A stretch of DNA of 64,000 bases from Methanobacteriota archaeon. GTDB taxonomy: Archaea > Thermoplasmatota > Poseidoniia > Poseidoniales > Poseidoniaceae. Position numbers and translations under genes: made by a program. Every line of letters starts with the position of its first letter. The first letter of the stretch is position 1. Shown piece after piece: positions 20,161 to 27,553 of this stretch. The notes beneath the pieces are model-generated. The model had not been told where the DNA came from. It ran no database searches and saw only the letters and a program-made list of their open reading frames with translations. The stretch covers positions 38,146-102,145 of the forward strand of contig PSPT01000003.1 in the NCBI GenBank assembly GCA_004195635.1, given 5' to 3'.

Positions 20161-20853
20161 TTACATACTGAAATCAGTACCACTGTCATCCTGTTGACGA
20201 CGGGCACCTGGACGCATTGCTTTAGCAGCAGGCGCTTTGTGGGCAATCTCGGCTTTCTGGAAACCAGGAGAAGCACCACGGCTACGAGTTCGACCAGTTC
20301 CGCGACCTCCGCCGAAATTAAGAGAATTAGGCATAATCAAGGCAGCAATTGCAACACCATGATGATCAGGGCCGGCGGTTACTTCATCGACTGCGACATC
20401 AAATCCAGTAACTTCCAAATCACGGCTGGCTAAGCGGCGTTGTAAATTCCGCTTCAATAATAACTCGGTTTCCTCATAATCCAATTCCGTTGTTAAAGTA
20501 GCAACAATGGCACACTCATCTCCCTCAGGAGTGGTAGCACTTGCCCAAGCAACACCTGCACATGCAGTAGAACCATCATAAGCATTTGCGACCACCAAAT
20601 GGCACTCAACAAGAGAACCCATCGGAAGGTCCTCCGGAGGTACTGCAGAGAATCCCATAGGTAACATTGCACCCTCTACGCGGATGAGACGACTGTCTCC
20701 TAACCCAAGTTCAACCAGTCCTTGGTCATAGGCATCCACTTCATTTTCACCCCACGGGGCAACCGCAGTCATAAGCCAACCAGGGCATTCGGCGGTGGGT
20801 CGGGATGGCGAGGCGGCTGAGAACATAGGTGCACAGACAAGGGAGGGGTTCAT
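20161..20853 (-). CDS. PdaD-like protein (pyruvoyl-dependent arginine decarboxylase homologue) lacking the pyruvoyl-forming Ser, with RG-rich C-terminal tail
   Basis: Alignable to archaeal PdaD: [31 protein letters not shown] versus PdaD [31 protein letters not shown], and [10 protein letters not shown] versus PKLPMGALV. The SS self-cleavage site is replaced by EG. The C-terminus adds [13 protein letters not shown]... See findings. Confidence 0.6.
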   Translation of the reverse strand: [230 protein letters not shown]

Positions 20854-21181
20854 GAAACCGGTGGTTCACGAGCCCCTAATGCAGGCGATTTCGCGAGGTT
20901 TATTGTTCGGCGGTGGCGGAATCCTTCTGCTGGTTGCGGCGCTCCTCAATATTTCAGATTCAACTCAATTGTTGATTACTGTATTAATTATTTATGCTGC
21001 GGCACTTGTATTTGTAATTCTTTTTGGAAATAATCAAACACCTAACGAGAGCGAAACTGCGAATGTTGGCGTTCTTGGACACAACCTAAGCAATCAGGTA
21101 AATACTCAGGATTACGATGGGAGTGAAGAAAATCAGTTGGTTGATCCTTTGGATAATGGATTTGACATTCCACTCCTATAA
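20852..21181 (+). CDS. Small membrane protein (two TM helices), unknown function
   Basis: The track ORF starts at 20795 and overlaps the PdaD-like gene. The internal Met at about 20852 precedes the first hydrophobic helix. Confidence 0.4.
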   Translation: MKPVVHEPLMQAISRGLLFGGGGILLLVAALLNISDSTQLLITVLIIYAAALVFVILFGNNQTPNESETANVGVLGHNLSNQVNTQDYDGSEENQLVDPLDNGFDIPLL

Positions 21182-21262
21182 TGTGAGTGGGTGAGGGACA
21201 TCCGTGTTCACTCTGCCGAGGTAGAGTGTGTCTATTTCGTGTTGTATGTGAGATTTGTTGCA

Positions 21263-23353
21263 TTAAGAATAGGTGAATGTGTGTTCAATATCCATTGCCC
21301 ATAGTTCTATGCCGCTGCTTCCATCATCCGCATCAAAGTAGATTGTAGCACCGACCAATATTGCTTCCATGCCATATCCAGGGACACTGTCGCCACTCCC
21401 GCTGTTGATATCAGCCACCTGCCAAGTTGAAGAGGAGGTGGTGCCATGCGCCCATAATTCGTAGCCGCTGCTTCCATCATTCGCACCGAAGTAGAGCGTA
21501 TCACCGACTAATATTGACATGTAAATTCCAACTTGACTGCTGCCGGTGCCGCTGAAGATATCAGCCACCTGCCAAGTTGAGGAGGTGGAGGTGTCATGCG
21601 CCCACAGTTCGCTACCACTACTTCCATCGTCCGCACTGAAGTAGATTGTATCACCGACTAATTTAGCCATAATTCTTGATTGGGCTGGGGTCCATCCGGG
21701 GTGACTGCCATTGCTCCCGCTATTGATATCAGCCACCTGCCAAGTTGAGGAGTTGGAGGTGTCATGCGCCCATAGTTCGTTGCCGCTGCTTCCATCATCC
21801 GCATCAAAGTAGATTGTATCACCGACCAATATTGCTTCCATGTGTTGTCCGGGATAACTGCCCGTAAGGCTGCCGCTGTTGATATCAGCCACCTGCCAAG
21901 TTGAGGAGTTGGAGGTGTCATGCGCCCACAGTTCCTTGCCGCTGCTTGCAGTATTCGCACTGAAGTAGAGCGTATCACCGACTAATATTGCCATGTAACT
22001 TCCAACTTGACTGCTGCCGGTGCCGCTGAAAATATCAGCCGCCTGCCAAGTTGAGGAGTTGGAGGTATCATGCGCCCACAGTTCTCTGCCGCTGCTTCCA
22101 TCTTGAGCACTGAAGTAGATTGTATCACCAACTAATATTGACATGTGGTCACCGGGGTCACTGTCGCCACTCCCACTGTTGATATCAGCTGCCAGCCAGG
22201 TTGAGGAATTGGAGGTGTCATGCGCCCACAGTTCCTTGCCGCTGCTTGCAGTATTCGCACTGAAGTAGATTGTATCGCCGACCAAAATTGATATGTCTTG
22301 TCCGATATAACTTTGAAGAGAGCCGCCGAAATCAAGCACCTGCCAAGTTGAGGAGTTGGAGGTATTATGTGCCCATAGTCCGCCACTCGCACTGAAGTAG
22401 AGCGTTTTGCCAACCAATAGTGACATGTAATATCCGGGGTCACTGTCGCCACTCCCACTGTTGATATCAGCTGCCAGCCAAGTTGAGGAGTTGGAGGTAT
22501 CATGCGCCCATAGTTCCGCACCGTTGCTATATTCAAACGCACTGAAGTAGAGCGTGTCACCAACCAATATCTTCATGCCCAAAGAGCCGGGATAACTGTT
22601 GGTGGTGAAACCATTACCGTTATTGATATCGTCAATTTGCCAGACTACGGGTTTGCTGCAATAGGTTGTTGTATAGTCAACTTCTCCTGATTCAAGTACG
22701 CTATTTTGGGCAGTCCCACCACCATCGCCGTCGTCAAGACCTTGCATCGTCACTCGCCCACCGGCAGTGCATCCTAATGATGCTGCTGGGGCTGAAATGC
22801 TGGTAAGCATGATGTTGGGAGAAGCGCTTCCATTTGTGCCGCCATTTTGACCAGGTATTCCTTGTGGTCCTGCGGCTCCATTACAAATATCTACCGACAT
22901 AATAACTTCAGTCATGTCGAGAACTCCATCTCCATTACTATCATCACCGATTTCAAAGGAGTTTCCTCCGGTAGTGCAAGTAGTGCTTGATAGGATTCTA
23001 ATTAGGGTGGAAATACCGTCAGTTCCATTTGCACCATCTGCACCGGCGACACCATCTGCACCGGCGACACCATCTTGACCTGAAATATCAATTACTTGCC
23101 ATCCGCTACTTGTGCAAACTTGAAATTCTGAATCTGCATCAATATAATACAATCGGCCGTTTGTCGTTGAATCACAAGTAGGTAAATCAGATGCAGTAGA
23201 GGCAAAATGAACTTGCCAGTCATCTAAAGTATCTGTTGGCGTGTCATCTGGATTATCATCGACTGGATCATCGCCACCGAAGCATCCTGTAAGCGGGGCA
23301 AGCAAAAGTATCAGGCATAAAAGCAGAGGTGTTGTGTTCTTCATGTGCCGCAC
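21263..23353 (-). CDS. Secreted ELWxxDGT-repeat beta-propeller protein with lipobox-like N-terminus and short collagen-like (GVAGAD) repeats
   Basis: Signal-like N-terminus ending LTGCFGGDDP. About nine tandem 50-aa repeats with the consensus ELWAHDTSNSSTWQVADINSGSGDS.PG..M.ILVGDTIYFSA.DGSSG, which matches the ELWxxDGT repeat type. Confidence 0.75.
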   Translation of the reverse strand: MRHMKNTTPLLLCLILLLAPLTGCFGGDDPVDDNPDDTPTDTLDDWQVHFASTASDLPTCDSTTNGRLYYIDADSEFQVCTSSGWQVIDISGQDGVAGADGVAGADGANGTDGISTLIRILSSTTCTTGGNSFEIGDDSNGDGVLDMTEVIMSVDICNGAAGPQGIPGQNGGTNGSASPNIMLTSISAPAASLGCTAGGRVTMQGLDDGDGGGTAQNSVLESGEVDYTTTYCSKPVVWQIDDINNGNGFTTNSYPGSLGMKILVGDTLYFSAFEYSNGAELWAHDTSNSSTWLAADINSGSGDSDPGYYMSLLVGKTLYFSASGGLWAHNTSNSSTWQVLDFGGSLQSYIGQDISILVGDTIYFSANTASSGKELWAHDTSNSSTWLAADINSGSGDSDPGDHMSILVGDTIYFSAQDGSSGRELWAHDTSNSSTWQAADIFSGTGSSQVGSYMAILVGDTLYFSANTASSGKELWAHDTSNSSTWQVADINSGSLTGSYPGQHMEAILVGDTIYFDADDGSSGNELWAHDTSNSSTWQVADINSGSNGSHPGWTPAQSRIMAKLVGDTIYFSADDGSSGSELWAHDTSTSSTWQVADIFSGTGSSQVGIYMSILVGDTLYFGANDGSSGYELWAHGTTSSSTWQVADINSGSGDSVPGYGMEAILVGATIYFDADDGSSGIELWAMDIEHTFTYS
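21290..22600 (-). repeat. Tandem coding repeats of about 150 bp (around 9 copies, high nucleotide identity) encoding the ELW propeller blades
   Basis: Recurrent DNA strings such as gatatcagccacctgccaagttgaggag and catgcgcccacagttc... at roughly 150-bp spacing. They generate spurious same-strand ORFs in another frame (21307-21504, 21658-21978, 22132-22563). Confidence 0.8.
23044..23090 (-). repeat. 18-bp tandem repeat (2.5 copies) encoding GVAGAD collagen-like triplets
   Basis: ccatctgcaccggcgaca repeated exactly twice, then a partial copy. Confidence 0.8.
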
Positions 23354-23463
23354 AAAGAGTATATATTAATAAGATTTCTTGCGACATACCTCTATTTCTG
23401 AGGTGAGGATTTACGCAGTAGATTACTATTAGCGGTTGCCCAATAAGGAACCGATTGCAGAAA

Positions 23464-23760
23464 TTATGTGAGTGGGTGGGGAACTCCCTTCTCTCCAAGA
23501 GTCCACTTGAGAGTCTTAACGACCCCTTCAAGTGCTTTGAAATTCCTTGCTCCCTCTTTCATACCGTCGCGGTCACCATCTCGTTGGCATTGTTCAAACC
23601 AAGATTTCCACTCGGCCATCCTCGCTTCTGCCTTTACCAGCATTTCCTCAATCTCCTCCCAAGTTCGGTTATATGACCTCTCGGGGGTGGAGTCTTCCCA
23701 TCCAGTCATAAATATTCGCACTTTATTTTGGTATATGAAGGAAGTCCCGACATTAGTCAA
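23464..23760 (-). CDS. Hypothetical protein (98 aa)
   Basis: ORF preceded by an AT-rich region (23761-23912). No family recognised. Confidence 0.35.
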   Translation of the reverse strand: MTNVGTSFIYQNKVRIFMTGWEDSTPERSYNRTWEEIEEMLVKAEARMAEWKSWFEQCQRDGDRDGMKEGARNFKALEGVVKTLKWTLGEKGVPHPLT

Positions 23761-23912
23761 AACACAAAAATTGTCATTTTAGAAAAATGATTGATTATCG
23801 CCTTCAAAGTGGTACAAAATAAAAATAATTTGTACACCTTTTGGAAATTAATTTCCGTAAAGCGGAAGTTAATGTGAAAAACTATCAATTTACAATTATT
23901 AACTGAAATCCA

Positions 23913-25010
23913 CTAATCTTTCTTTACTGAACGACCTCGATTTCCACGAGCGGTAGCAAAGGAACTCACTCTGGCCTTCTTTTTTGGCTTTGTTCGTCGC
24001 GTCCCATCTCCTCCCAAAGAATCAGTAGAAGTTGTGCCTCCAACCGATAGAGAACCGGAAGAAAGTAATTCACTCACCAGTTCATTAGCGACATCCTCAT
24101 CATCAGCCCCACTTTTCAACTCATCAGTAACTGCCGCATTATGTTCGGTCATCCAAGACTTGCGCTCTTCATGTTGTACCTTTAACTCATTTCGGGCTTC
24201 GGTAACTTGGTCCATTAATTCAGACATTTTACCATGAATCTCATCTGCTTTTCCTCTCTCTTCAAGGAAACCATTGTGAAGTCGGTCGCCCTCTGCTTTT
24301 AGGAAGTCGCGTTGCTCAAACATTCCATCTAACACCTCACTCATAGCATCTGAAATCTTTACTTGCTCAATCATTGCTTGGTGGGAAACATCTGCTTCAG
24401 CCTTTAGTGTTGCAATTGCTTCGTCAATATTAGACAAGTCAATCTTTACCATCTCAAATTTCTTTATTGAGGGCTCCAATTCTGCTTGCCTTCGCTTTAA
24501 CTCCTTAATTGCCTTGATCATGTTCTTTTCTTTTGATGGAGTTAATGTACCACCAGTTTCAAACCTTTTTTCTAACATTGAAACTTCGGACAAAATTTTA
24601 TTGTATTCCCCAACAACTGAACCCTCTTTCTTGGAATTACCACGGTTTCCGCTCTGTTGTGCATAGAGGTCGCGTAGTTGTGCTTGCATTGCATTACGGC
24701 GCTCCTTATGTTGATTGATTAATTCGCGAACTGCTTTTCGTTCTTCGAGTTTTTCATCAAGTGCAATACGATGATCTTTGTAATGTGTTTGCACAGCATT
24801 TCTCTGTTCTGCAAAACGCTTCGCAGCATCATTGAAATTATTTCGCACATCGCGCATCTTGCGCACCTTTGCTTCCATCTCATGCAACCTATCATGCAGG
24901 TCTGCATCGGGGCGTTCTTCCTTTTCCTGACCTTTGGCCATGAGCCTTGCGAAGTGCTTTATGGTTTCAAACCTACCCTGCCCAGTCGATTTCAATAATA
25001 CGATTGCCAA
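23913..25010 (-). CDS. Coiled-coil protein with Lys/Arg-rich C-terminal tail (paralogue of the three coiled-coil genes at 30265-35252; resembles uncharacterised archaeal coiled-coil proteins of the COG1340 type)
   Basis: Long heptad-pattern charged helices (KAEADVSHQAMIEQV...). The tail is TRRTKPKKKARVSSFATARGNRGRSVKKD. Confidence 0.55.
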   Translation of the reverse strand: MAIVLLKSTGQGRFETIKHFARLMAKGQEKEERPDADLHDRLHEMEAKVRKMRDVRNNFNDAAKRFAEQRNAVQTHYKDHRIALDEKLEERKAVRELINQHKERRNAMQAQLRDLYAQQSGNRGNSKKEGSVVGEYNKILSEVSMLEKRFETGGTLTPSKEKNMIKAIKELKRRQAELEPSIKKFEMVKIDLSNIDEAIATLKAEADVSHQAMIEQVKISDAMSEVLDGMFEQRDFLKAEGDRLHNGFLEERGKADEIHGKMSELMDQVTEARNELKVQHEERKSWMTEHNAAVTDELKSGADDEDVANELVSELLSSGSLSVGGTTSTDSLGGDGTRRTKPKKKARVSSFATARGNRGRSVKKD

Positions 25011-25113
25011 GTGCCCTGCCTCGACACTGCGATAGACAATTACAGTGGTTCATTTCAATGAGTCAATGAATGATTCACTCTATTTTTAGAAGGAAATAAC
25101 ATTCTGCTGAATA

Positions 25114-26868
25114 TTAAAAGAAACCAAACTGCTTCAATAATGCACTAACAAGAACGATTATTCCTGTAGCAAAAGAAAGGACTCCGGTACCAGATGAAAG
25201 TCGACGATTATATTCAGAGCGAACTCGGACATTGATTTGACGACCCGAAATTAGGTCTCCATCCATTTCTTCAAGCCGAATTGTAACTGTAGCTTCACCT
25301 AGACGTTCTGGTAATAGAGTTTGCCAAACGAAGGTACCCATGTCTAATAGATTTGACATTAGATCGAGGCCTTCATCAGCCACCGCGACTCCCTCTATAG
25401 AATTGTCAGAAGGCATGATAATCCCCTTCCCCGGTTTTAATGCACAGGTGAAAGAGAAATTACTCGGACGGAAATCAGGACTCAGAATACGAATTACTAC
25501 TTTACGCTCCACATCACTATTGTTGAATAATAGGCAAAAGAGATTTGCACTATCAAAGACAATGTTTTCCATATCAACATCAAAAATTAGTTCCTTTTGG
25601 TTTAAATCATTGAGCGAATTCTTGAGTTTGATTCGTAGTCGTTCAACCAGCCGGAAGAAAGCAGGGACTCTTTCGGTTACTCGGCGTAACAGATGAGTCC
25701 ACAATTCTTCATCAAAAACTGAGTGATGGGCAATAGACTCCCATGTTTCATCTCTAATTATTTTAAGTAATTCGTTACGGAATAATTTGGTGTTTAGCAA
25801 ACCTTCGCGATGGAAGTAGTGCAGGGCCAAAAATCGTTCAGTTGCCATGATTGGACTAATGCCTTGACGTAGAGATGAATTGAATTGAACCAAGAATTCC
25901 TCAAATTGGCTGGCCAATCGAGGGTCCATGTGAGTAGTCAGTAAATCGGTCCACACGCGGTCCAATGTAGCTGGGTGAATTGGAGGGTCGTATGCATCAA
26001 TTAGACCCCAGCGTTCACTGGCATTGTAAGGGCGACGGCTAAGTATCAAATGATGTCCAATGCTAAAAAGGCCAAATGAAGTAGCCAATAAGACTAGAGT
26101 TGACGCAATATTGCTCGTTATGCTAACCCAAAGTGCAGAGAGGTTAAGAATCAATAAACAAGTGATAATTCCAATCGCCATATTTCGTTGTTGAATAACC
26201 CCAGATGTATGATGTTTCAATGTACTTGTCCCATGCATGCTTTCCAACGGGCGACCTTCAAGGCGATACCTTTTTGTTTCTAATCGGAAGATTTTGTGAG
26301 TCACTACATACCTCTGTCTAACAATTACTAGGGTTATGAGATGGCCAATAAATATTACAAAGGCCAACAGAGATGTAGCCGTTGCGAAATTTATCCCTAA
26401 AGAACCTTCAGCACTATCCAGCCACCATGCCGGCGAGGAGGATAGGTTGAACCATGCCATGAACATCATCAAAGTGCCTACGGTAGGAAGGATTACCAAT
26501 AGGTGGATTCCTTCGGTTAGTAATAGACGATCTAACTTCACCAGTTTTTGCTCCTGATAAAGCAGTTTGTCTCGAGAAATAATCGTATCATTTATTCTTG
26601 CTTCAGCATTTACATTTAGAGGTAATGCATCATCCAATTCATCAGATGGCGGCTCATCATGTGGTTTCGCATCACCAATAGTAGCATCTGACTGTTCGGC
26701 AGATTCAGTTGAAACTGCACTTTCGTCTCCCTCACTTAGTAATTCCATATGCTGAGCTAATTCAGCATCACCAGACTTTTCGATGGTCGGTGGTGCAGAA
26801 TGGGCTGGAGTGGAAGGAACTGTTTGATCAATGGGTTGCGGTAAGTTCTCATCGTCCATTCTACTCAC
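25114..26868 (-). CDS. Membrane protein with acidic N-terminal region, central TM helices and a C-terminal soluble domain. Unknown function.
   Basis: ORF immediately downstream (12-bp gap) of the DtxR-like gene on the same strand. Confidence 0.5.
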   Translation of the reverse strand: MSRMDDENLPQPIDQTVPSTPAHSAPPTIEKSGDAELAQHMELLSEGDESAVSTESAEQSDATIGDAKPHDEPPSDELDDALPLNVNAEARINDTIISRDKLLYQEQKLVKLDRLLLTEGIHLLVILPTVGTLMMFMAWFNLSSSPAWWLDSAEGSLGINFATATSLLAFVIFIGHLITLVIVRQRYVVTHKIFRLETKRYRLEGRPLESMHGTSTLKHHTSGVIQQRNMAIGIITCLLILNLSALWVSITSNIASTLVLLATSFGLFSIGHHLILSRRPYNASERWGLIDAYDPPIHPATLDRVWTDLLTTHMDPRLASQFEEFLVQFNSSLRQGISPIMATERFLALHYFHREGLLNTKLFRNELLKIIRDETWESIAHHSVFDEELWTHLLRRVTERVPAFFRLVERLRIKLKNSLNDLNQKELIFDVDMENIVFDSANLFCLLFNNSDVERKVVIRILSPDFRPSNFSFTCALKPGKGIIMPSDNSIEGVAVADEGLDLMSNLLDMGTFVWQTLLPERLGEATVTIRLEEMDGDLISGRQINVRVRSEYNRRLSSGTGVLSFATGIIVLVSALLKQFGFF

Positions 26869-26880
26869 TCCTATTTCTGT

Positions 26881-27552
26881 CTAACACTTACGCAACAATA
26901 TTTGAATGCCAAATTTTGCAGCAATTTTCAATTCGGACCCGCCAATACTCCAAGTATCGGCGGCGACTTTATTCATGATACACCCAATGCTGATTCCTAA
27001 TGCAGCACATGCATCACCCTCGGACTTAGAAAGCAAAAATGCTACTACTTCGCCCTTTTGGCCAACTTCAAGAGTGGCTGCTGAAAAAAGCATATCAGTA
27101 TCTGATAATTGCACACCATCGGTTTCCGAAAAACTAGGAATTGGTTTACCCTCTGGATTTGTTTCAGGATAATTGAGGATTTTGGCAAATGTCATTTCCA
27201 AATCATCATTTACTGCATGTTCTAACATGCAAGCAGTTTCATGAACATCACCTTGGAAGTGGAGAACATCAATGAGAAAGGTTTCAATTATGCGATGTCG
27301 GCGCTTCACTGCCCGCCCCCTTGACAATCCTATTTTTGTGAGTGATGACCCCTTATATTTTTCATAATTAACAAAACCATTTCTTGCAAGACGTTGAACC
27401 ATTTCAGTCACTGAGGCAGGACTTACTCCTAGGGCCTTTGCCATGTCGCCAGTTCGCACAGAAAGTTCGGAATTCTTTTCATAGAACTCGTACATTGTTT
27501 CCAAATACTCCTCCTCAAATTCCTTAAAATGTCCTTCGCCCATCGATTTCAC
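26881..27552 (-). CDS. DtxR/MntR-family metal-dependent transcriptional regulator with C-terminal FeoA/SH3-like domain
   Basis: N-terminal wHTH (LSVRTGDMAKALGVSPASVTEMVQRLARNGFV). Metal-binding/dimerisation region with conserved HxxxxH/E positions (RRHRIIETFLIDVLHF...HETACMLEHA). C-terminal FeoA-like segment (LEVGQKGEVVAF). Confidence 0.8.
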   Translation of the reverse strand: MKSMGEGHFKEFEEEYLETMYEFYEKNSELSVRTGDMAKALGVSPASVTEMVQRLARNGFVNYEKYKGSSLTKIGLSRGRAVKRRHRIIETFLIDVLHFQGDVHETACMLEHAVNDDLEMTFAKILNYPETNPEGKPIPSFSETDGVQLSDTDMLFSAATLEVGQKGEVVAFLLSKSEGDACAALGISIGCIMNKVAADTWSIGGSELKIAAKFGIQILLRKC

Positions 27553-27553
27553 C

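Noticed and set aside
21307-22563. Three same-strand ORFs (65, 106 and 143 aa) nested in the ELW-repeat gene
   Set aside because: They are alternative-frame artefacts of the 150-bp DNA repeats: the same peptide MIRSTSVR... recurs. They sit inside a 696-aa ORF with coherent repeat structure.
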